Assembly (NCBI GenBank): GCA_002726235.1
Contig: PBSN01000002.1
Location: forward strand, 83,010 to 147,009
Reading direction: 5' to 3'
From: Nitrospiraceae bacterium
GTDB lineage: Bacteria > Nitrospirota > Nitrospiria > Nitrospirales > UBA2166
Length of the DNA stretch: 64,000 nucleotides
Shown here piece after piece: positions 10,593 to 20,545 of the stretch (position 1 is its first letter; each line of letters begins with the position of its first letter). The position numbers were made by a program, and so were the translations under genes. The notes beneath the pieces are model-generated. The model had not been told where the DNA came from. It ran no database searches and saw only the letters and a list, made by a program, of their open reading frames with translations.

Positions 10593-12443
10593 TCACGCAC
10601 GAAAGATCTCCGTCACCAAATCCCGATTAAAGGGGGCAAAGATTTGATCGGTTACTGCCTTGACATGTTCAACCGGTGGAGGATTTCTCTGGCTCCTTAC
10701 CAACCCTAATACCGTCTTACGAAAAGTTCCGTCGGTACAACTTGGAATAAGATCTCCATAGACCTCGGATTGGTCGAGGTTCAACAGTAACTCCGGCCGA
10801 TATCTCAGAGCCATACGACCCCATGCCACAGCCTCAGGCCCCACAGTGCTCCCGACAAATATCACAAGACCACAGTGTCGCAGAGCGTCCTCGAAAGAAA
10901 CCGGCGCCTCCACGGCAGGAAACCCAAGGCAATTGATATCAAGCGGACGGCGTGGGTGAGCCTTGACGTGGAAGCGAATGTTTTCCTGTCGCCCCCCCTG
11001 AGGAAATGCCGACGCAATTGCAGCCAGCAAATGACGGGTCGTATATATATCAAGTGGAAGCCCCACAAGAATCTCAGTGAGAGGTGCAGAATTCAACCGC
11101 GTCGCGTGACCGTTGGAACTCTGATCGGCCAAATGTGCATGTCGAATGCTTCCACACATCATCAGCCGCTCATGCGGGATGCCTCCATCTTCAAAAACCT
11201 TTTGCGCGTATGGCCCTGAGGTAAATAACACATCAGGAAGCGGCATGTGTGAACTTTCTCCTTCCCCTAAAAAAAATGACAAAGAGTACACTGAGAGGGG
11301 CACATGCTGAATGCCGGCAGTCCGAATCCCCAGCTCCCTTGCACACTGCACAAGGAGCTTTTCCCAGGGTTGGTTTTCGTAGGGAAATACGACCCAGCGC
11401 CATGAGCCACTCCGCAACATTGCAGTCAGGCACTGATAGAAAATCTTGTAGCGACACACAGCGGACCTTCCGCTTTCTAACCACCACTCTCGCTCTATTA
11501 ACCTCCTGATGTCCAAGTCAGCTACATGACTCAGAATTGTTTTTTTGGACCACAGCAATGAAAACAACGCCGATATGAGTGATGACAGAGTACTGTAGAG
11601 AATCAATGGACGAAAGTAGTCGACCCGTTCCCCAAGTTGCCGCTCAAGCCCCCAACATTGAGGATCTGAAAATCGGATTACATCGTATCCGATGTTTTGG
11701 AGCAAACGATCCAGATCAGGCAGAACAGGGTCGTTCCACCCACCACTCTCGCAAATATTCGGTAAGGCGGGATAACTATACAGTGCAACGGTCGGCGTCT
11801 TCGGCGGAGAGAAGCCTCTCCCCGAACAAAATTTCTGCTGTATCCCATACCAGACCATTCGCAACAACCACCAAACACGGCGCGCCACCCCTAAGATTGC
11901 GGCTTCTGCTTTGTGCTTCAAAAGTCCCTCGCCTCGGAGGAACTCAATATCCGGTTGTGCGTGACAATTTCCCTTTAACTGCTCGAACAACCAAGGGTCC
12001 TCGACGATCAGAACGAGGCTAAGGTGACGCGAAACGGCTTCTTGAATTACGTCGATGCCTACCCTGAGATAGCAGACTAGCAGAAACAAATCGCTTGCTC
12101 CCCACGATTTCCATGCGATCGCACTCGACCGCCACGCGATTGCATCCCGTTGCCCCTCACCGGCCATCGCAACGAAATCAAGAAACGGCTGGCGAAGAGT
12201 ACTCGCAACCCGATGCAGTCGATCTTCAAGCGGCCACAGCTTCTCCAAACCGAGCACTTCCCCGACTCGCTGCCTCTGATGAACGTCCTTCCCAAGATAG
12301 AGCCAATGATCACCCTTGCCGCATCGAAGACCAGACAGCTTTACGTTGCCACCAATATACTGCCCCCCCCCGGTCAAAGAAGATTGCTTTACCCGACCAC
12401 CAATCACAGAGGTAACCACAATTCGTGGCCGCTCACGCCTCAT
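10593..12443 (-). CDS. Large surface-carbohydrate biosynthesis protein (TIGR04326-like), candidate CMP-ulosonate transferase
   Basis: 616 aa from ATG 12443 with AGGAG upstream. YENQPWEK, GIQH, KAHP and GST motifs suggest a C-terminal GT-B-like fold. Confidence 0.55.
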   Translation of the reverse strand: MRRERPRIVVTSVIGGRVKQSSLTGGGQYIGGNVKLSGLRCGKGDHWLYLGKDVHQRQRVGEVLGLEKLWPLEDRLHRVASTLRQPFLDFVAMAGEGQRDAIAWRSSAIAWKSWGASDLFLLVCYLRVGIDVIQEAVSRHLSLVLIVEDPWLFEQLKGNCHAQPDIEFLRGEGLLKHKAEAAILGVARRVWWLLRMVWYGIQQKFCSGRGFSPPKTPTVALYSYPALPNICESGGWNDPVLPDLDRLLQNIGYDVIRFSDPQCWGLERQLGERVDYFRPLILYSTLSSLISALFSLLWSKKTILSHVADLDIRRLIEREWWLESGRSAVCRYKIFYQCLTAMLRSGSWRWVVFPYENQPWEKLLVQCARELGIRTAGIQHVPLSVYSLSFFLGEGESSHMPLPDVLFTSGPYAQKVFEDGGIPHERLMMCGSIRHAHLADQSSNGHATRLNSAPLTEILVGLPLDIYTTRHLLAAIASAFPQGGRQENIRFHVKAHPRRPLDINCLGFPAVEAPVSFEDALRHCGLVIFVGSTVGPEAVAWGRMALRYRPELLLNLDQSEVYGDLIPSCTDGTFRKTVLGLVRSQRNPPPVEHVKAVTDQIFAPFNRDLVTEIFRA

Positions 12444-13113
12444 GTGGGCTCCTTTGAAGCTCAAGTAACTCTCTGAAATTGCGCACACAGACAATATCGC
12501 GAGGAATGCCTTCCCTCCAGTTCTTCCACTCGGTATATCCATAGATCATGATGAACTCAATGTTGCTCGCCATCGCAACCTCATAGTCATACCGACTATC
12601 GCCACAAAACACGAAATCTGAGTCAGAGCCCGAAACCTCCTCTTGCGCAAAGAGAGAAGCAAGAATCTGAGACTTGCTTGAGGGAGAGCCAAAAACTCCA
12701 TCGAAATATCGGTCGAGGTTTCGATCCTTCAACACTCTCCTGAGTTCCTCCTGATCGGACCCTGAGACGACGAACCTCAGTGTGTCTCCACATTCATTCA
12801 GAATTTCGAGGAAATCACGAATGCCGACCGTTTCTTCGCACTGACGGAGTCCTAAGCTGACCAATTTTCCATATTCGAGGAGCGCCTGCTTTAATTGCTC
12901 TTTATAATCGAGACTCTCACAAATCTCTCGAAAGAAAAAATCAAATTTTTGATATCGTGAAATTCCACCATGCTCGACGTGGTATTGAACTAAGGCCTCA
13001 GCAGCTTCTGTACTATAGGTTTGACCGATCTGGCGAAAAGCTTCCGTCTTGACAGTATTTGAGTCAAGAATCACACCATCACAATCAAAGAACCATACCT
13101 TATATGCCTTCAT
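12433..13113 (-). CDS. HAD-superfamily phosphatase
   Basis: FDCDGVILDS motif I, VVSGS, K, GDSRYD. Confidence 0.9.
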   Translation of the reverse strand: MKAYKVWFFDCDGVILDSNTVKTEAFRQIGQTYSTEAAEALVQYHVEHGGISRYQKFDFFFREICESLDYKEQLKQALLEYGKLVSLGLRQCEETVGIRDFLEILNECGDTLRFVVSGSDQEELRRVLKDRNLDRYFDGVFGSPSSKSQILASLFAQEEVSGSDSDFVFCGDSRYDYEVAMASNIEFIMIYGYTEWKNWREGIPRDIVCVRNFRELLELQRSPHEA

Positions 13114-13868
13114 AGCCTACGTTCTAGCAACTGCTCAACCCGTGAAACATCTTCTGGAACATCGACCGCAGCAGACGCCTCGCTAACCTCTACCATCCGA
13201 ACTGGAATTCCCAAATCCAAGAAACGAAGAATTTCGATATCCTCTGGTTCTTCAAGTGTTGACTTCCTTCCGTACTCCGCGAATGTCTGCAATTGGCCTC
13301 GGGTAAACCCGTAGATGCATACCTGCCGACGATAGACTTCTACGCTATCGGTCGATTTCACATGTGGAATAGGCGCACGCGACATGTACACAAGATCATT
13401 ACGTCCATTGACAACAACCTTAGGAACATTTGGACTCTCAATGTCCTTCCGATCATGGATTGAACACATCGCGTTTACAACGTGATCAGGATGGGTTCGT
13501 CTTGCCCTCACCACAGCAAGAATGTCCTTGGCCTTCACCAACGGCTCATCGCCTTGAACGTTAATGATGGTCACCGCATCCAAGCACCTCGCGGCCTCCC
13601 ACACTCGATCCGTCCCCGTTAAGCAATCCGACGGTGTCATGGCGACGGCAATTCCAGCGTCTATACAGACACCGCGAATCCGTTCATCATCCGTTGCGAC
13701 AATAATCTTACCCGCAGGAAACACCTCTTCAACCTGCCGAAAGACCCTTATGATTAGCGGAACCCCGAGGATAGGAACAAGAGGCTTGCCCGGAAATCTT
13801 GAAGACCCGAATCGCGCAGGGATGATGGCAACGACACCATCCAGTTCTGATGAACGTTGGTTCGTCAC
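13110..13868 (-). CDS. kdsB: 3-deoxy-manno-octulosonate cytidylyltransferase family
   Basis: IPARFGSSRFPGKPL, VATDDERI, TGTDR, NVQGDEP, SRAPIP, LEEPEDIEILRFL, VDVPED. Confidence 0.92.
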   Translation of the reverse strand: MTNQRSSELDGVVAIIPARFGSSRFPGKPLVPILGVPLIIRVFRQVEEVFPAGKIIVATDDERIRGVCIDAGIAVAMTPSDCLTGTDRVWEAARCLDAVTIINVQGDEPLVKAKDILAVVRARRTHPDHVVNAMCSIHDRKDIESPNVPKVVVNGRNDLVYMSRAPIPHVKSTDSVEVYRRQVCIYGFTRGQLQTFAEYGRKSTLEEPEDIEILRFLDLGIPVRMVEVSEASAAVDVPEDVSRVEQLLERRL

Positions 13869-13971
13869 CTACAAACGCTCAAACCTTGGAAGTCGTCCAC
13901 GGAAAACAGGAATAACCTCAGACAAGCTCACCACTTGTGCCACAACTACAAAGTTCTTTTCTCGGTTTGAT

Positions 13972-14910
13972 TTATCGGTTGTACNGATGAAATTCCGTGC
14001 CGAAACGCTCTTTCACGCGGATCGCTGGCTGGCCCAGAAGCGTGAAAGCCCCATAGCAAAAGAGACGGGCAGTTGAGTGATCCCGCATACACTCGACTCC
14101 GTGATAAGAGGTACTTGAATTCAAGAAAGCCACAAATCGATTACGCTTGGGCTCCACAGAATGAACTAGTTCGCAACAATGGTCTGGTGGCTGTGGACTA
14201 TCTCTGACCTTAGTGTGATCCGCACGGTAAATGCCTAAATTGCCGCCTCTCCCCTCCGAATCCAAAGCGTTTAGATAAAAAAGGAATACTAGAAGCCGAT
14301 GATCGGAATCGCGATGAATCTCACGCCCATACCCATTTCCCGCTTCGGATATATCGAATAGCAACTGGCACTTTTTGTTCCTCGTCAAAAACTCACTAAA
14401 GAAGACTCGTATGATCAACGATAGTTTTCGCCAGTATTGATAGCATTTATAGGCGACGACTCTGGCAAGATTGCAGTCTGCAAGCTTCCGACTCCCGAGA
14501 TTACACAGCTTTTTTTGCAAGGGATGGTCAGGCGCTTTGATGAGATTATCGATCGTGATCGTAGACTGTTTGACGTTTGTTTTGACAAAGTTTGGATCAA
14601 TCCGCTTGATAGTTTCAAACAACAGTGAAAAAAACTCTTGAGATTGAAGTTGTGCATGAAACTTCTGCCAACTCGCTGAGGATTCGAGAAGAGAGGCAAA
14701 CTCGAGAGAAGTATTGGTCATATAACGACGATTACCGTGAAATACATTGGTACTGGCTTTCATTGCACTACTAGCGTGATCGGCAAGTGGCTGAACTATA
14801 TCCTCAGATAGGAAATCGTCGATCACAAAATGGGGAAAGGGTTCCTTATAGCATTGCGCCTGATCAATCCAACGATTTTGATCAAGAAGAATGTTGTTAT
14901 CGCCAACCAT
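13972..14910 (-). CDS. 2OG-Fe(II) oxygenase
   Basis: EPFPHFVIDDFL, HRD (HxD), GGNL, SYHGV and a distal Arg. Contains one N near the 3' end. Confidence 0.8.
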   Translation of the reverse strand: MVGDNNILLDQNRWIDQAQCYKEPFPHFVIDDFLSEDIVQPLADHASSAMKASTNVFHGNRRYMTNTSLEFASLLESSASWQKFHAQLQSQEFFSLLFETIKRIDPNFVKTNVKQSTITIDNLIKAPDHPLQKKLCNLGSRKLADCNLARVVAYKCYQYWRKLSLIIRVFFSEFLTRNKKCQLLFDISEAGNGYGREIHRDSDHRLLVFLFYLNALDSEGRGGNLGIYRADHTKVRDSPQPPDHCCELVHSVEPKRNRFVAFLNSSTSYHGVECMRDHSTARLFCYGAFTLLGQPAIRVKERFGTEFHXYNR

Positions 14911-15049
14911 AAGGTTAACCTCTCATCAGCAGATATTTGATCTCTTCATTGAGCCTATTGTCAACTTCAAACAGCATCTTTCAGTGTGATGCGCCGCTAC
15001 TCGCGTTGCGCACGGCATATCACACGAATGTCTCACAATGGAGCCAGAA

Positions 15050-16753
15050 TCAAATATACGCGTACAGGGAATCTTGCTCGATCCCGTATATTGTTGGGGT
15101 AAGACTTACAATCCGAACTCCATTTTGCACGGCTTCATGCTGCTTCAAGAGGTGGAAAAACCACTCCATTTCCCGCTCCATGGCCATTCGGTCGTTGGAT
15201 AGCATCGTACTGTTGTGACCATCATCCATCGCGTAGCCGTCAAACCCGCAAAGAAAAATAGACGTAGCTTCCAGGCGCAAAGCAAGAGCAAACGCAAACA
15301 TGGCAACTACATCATGCGGGATGACACATCCATCCTGCTCGATCGTAAAATTCCCGTAGCCAACCCGATACGGATAATGGTAGATATCGGTTTTCCGGAG
15401 AAGCCCTGCGACCTTCTCGCTAATTTCAGACATCCCGAGGACAGCGCAAGAGCGATTCTCAACAAGCTTGTCTATATGCGCTTCAAGACGTTTATGGTTT
15501 GTGAATAATGAAAAATGCTCTGCTCCTTTTTCAATCCCGTGCTGGACGTTACACTCTATCACTAATGGTCGATGAACATGGATGAACTCGTTGATATCAC
15601 CGACTCGCTGACGCACGCTCTCTCCGGAACCGAGCAACAACACCTTATGCCCCTTTGCTATCTTAGATACCGNTAAGCCACCACGGTAGCGGTCAAGACA
15701 CCCAATGGGAACATGGTCACTGACTTTTGCAAAGCGTTTATGCAACGCATCCGACAGATCAGTGGTGCTGAATGAAGCCCCTTTTCCAGAAGCACGGAGT
15801 GTATCAAGTACCTGAACAACTTCCATGGAGGAATAGCGATAGGTCTGAAGCAATTGCTGTGGGTACATCGGATGAACGTTATGGACAGCGGCAAGCATAT
15901 AGGGCAAATTGGTTCCCCACTGATACTGCTGATGAAGGCTAGCAAAATCTGTCGCTACTACGTCAAAGAGGGGACTCGGATCAACGTCCTGGTTCCCAGC
16001 CTTCGCTTGCAGGTAGAGCAAAAACTGTTCTGTTCGCAAATTGCCGGCTCCTCGACCCATTCCGAGAAGAGAACAATCGATCATCTTTGCCCCGCCAGCA
16101 ATCGCGGCGAGGGAATTCGCCATCGCAAGACCAAGATTGTCATGACCATGGAAGCCAACCTGGCGAGGAAAATTCAGACTAATGATCTCAAACAGCGCTC
16201 GTGTTCTCTCCGGAACAAGGCCCCCAAAAGAGTCCGCAAGATACATGACGTCAAAAGATGAGCGAGCAAGCTCCGTCGCAATCACCTCAATATCTTCATC
16301 GGACAGGATGCTCGCCTGCATAAGGTTAGCGGAAACACGATACCCAAGGTTCTTAATGAGAGATCCAAGTTTCAAAACGGCTGGCAACGTCCTTTGAGTC
16401 GTCGTAATTCGAACAAGATCAACTCGACTTTCCGACTTTTGACGAAAAAGCTGCAAAAGAGCCTCTCGCTCAACCTCACCTTCAGAATCAACAAAATCCT
16501 TACCATCAATCATAACTGCCACCCCTACGGCCTGATCTCCAATCAGACGCGAGAGAGTGTTTTCACTGCAAAACTTGTATTTCCCGGCGAACCCTTGACT
16601 GTTTCGTGTCCGGAAGCCTAACTCTATGTAGTGAACACCTCCTTTGGTAATTCCATCAAGATAACGCTCGACCAACCCATCATCGAAATCCCAGTTGCAA
16701 TAATACCCTCCATCACGAAGCGTACAGTCAAGAATTCCAATGGTCATGCGCAT
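15050..16753 (-). CDS. DRE-TIM (4-hydroxy-2-oxovalerate-aldolase-like) aldolase with a C-terminal Rossmann-like domain
   Basis: LDCTLRDGGY, ADSFG, GFHGHDNLGLA, GMGRGAGN. C-terminal LLGSGES...LCGFDGY domain. Confidence 0.85.
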   Translation of the reverse strand: MRMTIGILDCTLRDGGYYCNWDFDDGLVERYLDGITKGGVHYIELGFRTRNSQGFAGKYKFCSENTLSRLIGDQAVGVAVMIDGKDFVDSEGEVEREALLQLFRQKSESRVDLVRITTTQRTLPAVLKLGSLIKNLGYRVSANLMQASILSDEDIEVIATELARSSFDVMYLADSFGGLVPERTRALFEIISLNFPRQVGFHGHDNLGLAMANSLAAIAGGAKMIDCSLLGMGRGAGNLRTEQFLLYLQAKAGNQDVDPSPLFDVVATDFASLHQQYQWGTNLPYMLAAVHNVHPMYPQQLLQTYRYSSMEVVQVLDTLRASGKGASFSTTDLSDALHKRFAKVSDHVPIGCLDRYRGGLXVSKIAKGHKVLLLGSGESVRQRVGDINEFIHVHRPLVIECNVQHGIEKGAEHFSLFTNHKRLEAHIDKLVENRSCAVLGMSEISEKVAGLLRKTDIYHYPYRVGYGNFTIEQDGCVIPHDVVAMFAFALALRLEATSIFLCGFDGYAMDDGHNSTMLSNDRMAMEREMEWFFHLLKQHEAVQNGVRIVSLTPTIYGIEQDSLYAYI

Positions 16754-17244
16754 CTTCCTAACAGAGTCGATAATATAGCTGGCATTGTCTCGCCGATAAC
16801 AAGGGACCCAAAAGTCACGTCTGATTAAAACCTCTGCCCGATACCATCATACATATGCACTTACTTATGGCTCTATCGCCCATACATCAAGGTTTTAAAG
16901 CTGTCATGAGAATTACCGTAACAACCCCAGTTGGAGGATGCGAAGCATAGAGCACACTTTCTTCTAAAACACAACGACGCTACCTAAGTGACTTCTGTGC
17001 ATTCCACACACACACAAGAAGCTCGTTCATTATTCCAATCCACTGCTAAAGGTTGCTACACACTGTTGGCTTTTCCGCCAAACCGCGATTCATCCACGAC
17101 CTTCGGCCGACATACACCACACACAACAAACCTCACATGCTGCCAAGCTGGGCGACAAACCCGTTGTCATATCGAAAAGCAATAACAACATGATCACCAG
17201 CGCCACAGAATACAGCAGAAATAGCTGCGCCGATCATTTTTCAC

Positions 17245-18339
17245 CTAGCTAGGCCTGTTGCGATTCTTTTTTATGAATTTCCTTATCTCCATCCAACTCA
17301 CTAGCTCTGTCCAACGTGGCACACGAGGGTTGCCCAAAACCCAATCGCTATCAACCGAATCCTGCCATGACCTAGGGAACATCCTTCGCTTTACTATCAA
17401 CAGAAAAGATCTAAAAAAGCGATAGCCATAAAACCACACGTTCCGCAGTTGGCGATCATCAGCCTTTATTCTTGCCGCCAGTTGCTCCTTAAGATGTTCA
17501 GCAATATAGCCATGGCGACAAGCCAGATTGAGCAAGAAGACGGCATAATCACGCATGCCATAAACAAGACAAGCGGCAACAAACTTTATTGTTTTGTTCT
17601 GTGCGTAACGTGCATCAGAATTTTCCAACGACGCGATAAATGCCTCCGGTGTTTTAAAGTAAAGTGCATCTCCAAAAACGAGTTGCCCTCTTCCTACCCA
17701 ATTTGAATGATCGCTTCTCTTCCAAGAAAATTTTCTCAAGTCCATTAGCTGAAAGCCATTTGCCCGCATATAAGAATCCACATCCGCAAAAAGCGGTTGA
17801 TCCTTGTAAATCTCAAAAAACTCAACTTCAACATTCACGCCAAGAATGGAACCACATAAATAGTCTTGACTGCCTCTAAGAATTGACAATTCACTTCCCT
17901 GAGTATCAAGTTTCAAAAAATCAACATCCAAAACTTGATGTTGTGATAACGTAGTATCCAGCCGGCCAACTCTGCTAGCAGGGATGAGAACTTCGTTCAC
18001 TGTTTCAAAACGTTCCGCGCGTGGAAAGCTGCTCAGCGCTGAAAAATTGGGGCGATAAACAGACGTTTTTCCTGATTCACGCGATATGTAGAGTTTCAAG
18101 TCTTCGGACTTCTGTGATAGTGCCACGTTTAAAAAAGATCGATTCGGCAACGATGCTAATTTCGAAAACTCTCGTTCATCAGGCTCAAAACCAAAAATTC
18201 TTATATCGTCCCCACAATGCGCCCATTCACCGTCTCCCACTCGTTCTGCTTCGGTGATACCCATCGAACCAACATCCACGAGGGTGAACATATGGTCCCG
18301 CGGCACTTCCTTCAAGAAAGCCCCAACTAATCCTTTCAC
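17245..18339 (-). CDS. FkbM-family methyltransferase
   Basis: VDVGS, GFEPD, DFLKLDTQGSEL, VEVEF..IYKDQPLF. Confidence 0.88.
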   Translation of the reverse strand: MKGLVGAFLKEVPRDHMFTLVDVGSMGITEAERVGDGEWAHCGDDIRIFGFEPDEREFSKLASLPNRSFLNVALSQKSEDLKLYISRESGKTSVYRPNFSALSSFPRAERFETVNEVLIPASRVGRLDTTLSQHQVLDVDFLKLDTQGSELSILRGSQDYLCGSILGVNVEVEFFEIYKDQPLFADVDSYMRANGFQLMDLRKFSWKRSDHSNWVGRGQLVFGDALYFKTPEAFIASLENSDARYAQNKTIKFVAACLVYGMRDYAVFLLNLACRHGYIAEHLKEQLAARIKADDRQLRNVWFYGYRFFRSFLLIVKRRMFPRSWQDSVDSDWVLGNPRVPRWTELVSWMEIRKFIKKNRNRPS

Positions 18340-18424
18340 GTGGAAAACTACTCTCCTTCTATCCTGCGTGACATCCCCATCGCGGTGAAACCTCCAACCA
18401 CGAAAATCTCGACGTCAGTTATCT

Positions 18425-20545
18425 CTACACCACTCCCGTGACGTCTGTCACTTTGTCCTTGCCCCATATCGCACAGTATCGTTCAGCAGCATCAGCCATC
18501 ACTGTGTCACGGTTGAGGCCATGCTTAAAGCCATCGATCAGCCATTTGATATACGTCCCCATCCTCGCTGCGGCACGACCATCCCGAAACGGGTCAATGC
18601 TATCAAGTACGGAACCCCAATCGCCAAATCCTGGACTTCCACCTGAACTTGACCAATGCTCACAACACGCCTTCCACAACGTATCCCAATCCCGAAAGAC
18701 CACACGTCCAACCCCTAATTCATACAAAGGGCTAGTGGGCCACCCTTCGCGATCGACCAACAACGTGGGAACNCCCGCCAGCGCCGCCTCAACCCCTGCA
18801 GTCCCCGCACAAAGATGCGCGTGTACAGCAACATCAGCCGCAAGCGCCGCAACTGCCGGAGGAAAGGCGGAGATATAACCTCCGTCCTCATAAACATAGC
18901 ATCGTCCCGTGGAGATCGCATTATCTAAAAGACAAGCCACATCACCAAGCCTACGACGAAGGTTAGCTGGAACTTTGGGCTTGATGACCAAACCAAACCA
19001 TGGCTCTTGAAGAACCTTCTCAAGCAGAAAGAGATAGTTCACGCGCATAAATTCGTGGCCCGTTGACCACCGCGCGTCATCAAGTGAATGTTCATCAAAG
19101 AGTGCCAGTATCCTGGAGGCTCCATTTCTACGTAGCATCCCTCGTACACGATCAGCTTCAGGTTGAAGAAGAGGGAATCGATGATCTCCGATAAACCCGA
19201 CCGTCACGTGATATGGAATGTTTGACTGTGAGCGTCGTTCAAGATCGGCGTGTAGCACTGAATACGAGAAACAGACATCAACAGCCACCGTTGTCAATGG
19301 AGAAGGGTAGGATACTAATGCTCGGGGATACATAGTCATGACTCCACCACAATCCCGCAAAGCGTCAGTAATAGCGCAATGTTGTTCATCATACCTGAAC
19401 CACGTGCAGAAAACTTTGACACGATATGCAAGAAAGAGAGAAGTCCAATAGGACCGGAACGCGTTATACAATGTGATTTGCCTATTCAACCAACGAGATT
19501 CTCGCGCAGGAAGCGTCACCGCAGGACGAGCAATCGCGCTAGGATTAGCACACGACCAATGAACGTACGACGGAGTACTAGAAGTAATCAGGGCATGTCG
19601 AGAGAGCCCAAGTCGCGCAATACCAGCCGCTCCCAGACTCTGCTCCTCCTCTATAGGTCGGCGAGTCATGGTGGGGCTACTGTTGAGAAGCACCAGAAGA
19701 TCCTTACCTGAAAGCGGGGACTGTTGCCAGAAAAAAAGGTCAGACGTCTGCTCAGGATTACTCAGGTTTAGCGAGCCAGTTTGCTGTACCGCCACCTTCA
19801 CATCAAAAAGTGATGGTCGCATGCTTTCCGTTGTCTGATTCACGAGCATTTGGTTCTGTGCAACTGGTATATTTCGAGGGTCGCCAGTGAACTTCCACTT
19901 CAATCGCGTAAAAAGCAGACTCCCATAATGGAGCATGGCGCGGAGAATAATCATACTTCCTCCATGCCCCACAGCCCGCCTCACGTACTCAACGACTCGC
20001 CACGGCTTGCGTACTCCCACAACAGAGACACCGTAGCGTGAAGCATATTCACTAACTGCGGCGAGACCAATTTCATGCCCGACAAACAGAATTATCGTTC
20101 CTTGGCTTTTCACATTCTTTGCTTGCCATAGGGCAATTTGCACAAGGAGTGTTCGACGACGGGCCGCCACGGCTAATGCCTTGCCTAGATATGTTCTGAT
20201 GGAGCAGTGAGGCTCGTATTGTTCCAGCGCAGACGCAAAGAGCCCTCGCATCGCCGCTTGCACTTCAAATAAATCAGAAAAACGAAGCCGCAACTCAACC
20301 AAGGTGCCAGCATCATCATAGACATCGACAAGTTTGTAGTGGAGCCGCTCTACCCTACAACCAACAATTTCCGCCGATACTCTAGCCACCCACAACACAA
20401 AACAAAATCCATCAAATACAAAACATCGACGGACACCTGACGAGTCCTTCACACGTTCTCGTAGCAGGTATGGCCACACATTATGGAACCACACCCACAA
20501 CGAAAGCCGCTCGACGAAAATTAAAGATACGCTCTCCTGGCTCAA
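18425..20545 (-). CDS. Large hypothetical glycan-biosynthesis protein, candidate nonulosonate transferase
   Basis: 706-aa ORF translationally coupled to legC. C-terminal LVIKPK, TAGVEAALA and DPFRDG resemble GT-B C-terminal domains. Function is inferred. Confidence 0.5.
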   Translation of the reverse strand: MSQESVSLIFVERLSLWVWFHNVWPYLLRERVKDSSGVRRCFVFDGFCFVLWVARVSAEIVGCRVERLHYKLVDVYDDAGTLVELRLRFSDLFEVQAAMRGLFASALEQYEPHCSIRTYLGKALAVAARRRTLLVQIALWQAKNVKSQGTIILFVGHEIGLAAVSEYASRYGVSVVGVRKPWRVVEYVRRAVGHGGSMIILRAMLHYGSLLFTRLKWKFTGDPRNIPVAQNQMLVNQTTESMRPSLFDVKVAVQQTGSLNLSNPEQTSDLFFWQQSPLSGKDLLVLLNSSPTMTRRPIEEEQSLGAAGIARLGLSRHALITSSTPSYVHWSCANPSAIARPAVTLPARESRWLNRQITLYNAFRSYWTSLFLAYRVKVFCTWFRYDEQHCAITDALRDCGGVMTMYPRALVSYPSPLTTVAVDVCFSYSVLHADLERRSQSNIPYHVTVGFIGDHRFPLLQPEADRVRGMLRRNGASRILALFDEHSLDDARWSTGHEFMRVNYLFLLEKVLQEPWFGLVIKPKVPANLRRRLGDVACLLDNAISTGRCYVYEDGGYISAFPPAVAALAADVAVHAHLCAGTAGVEAALAXVPTLLVDREGWPTSPLYELGVGRVVFRDWDTLWKACCEHWSSSGGSPGFGDWGSVLDSIDPFRDGRAAARMGTYIKWLIDGFKHGLNRDTVMADAAERYCAIWGKDKVTDVTGVV

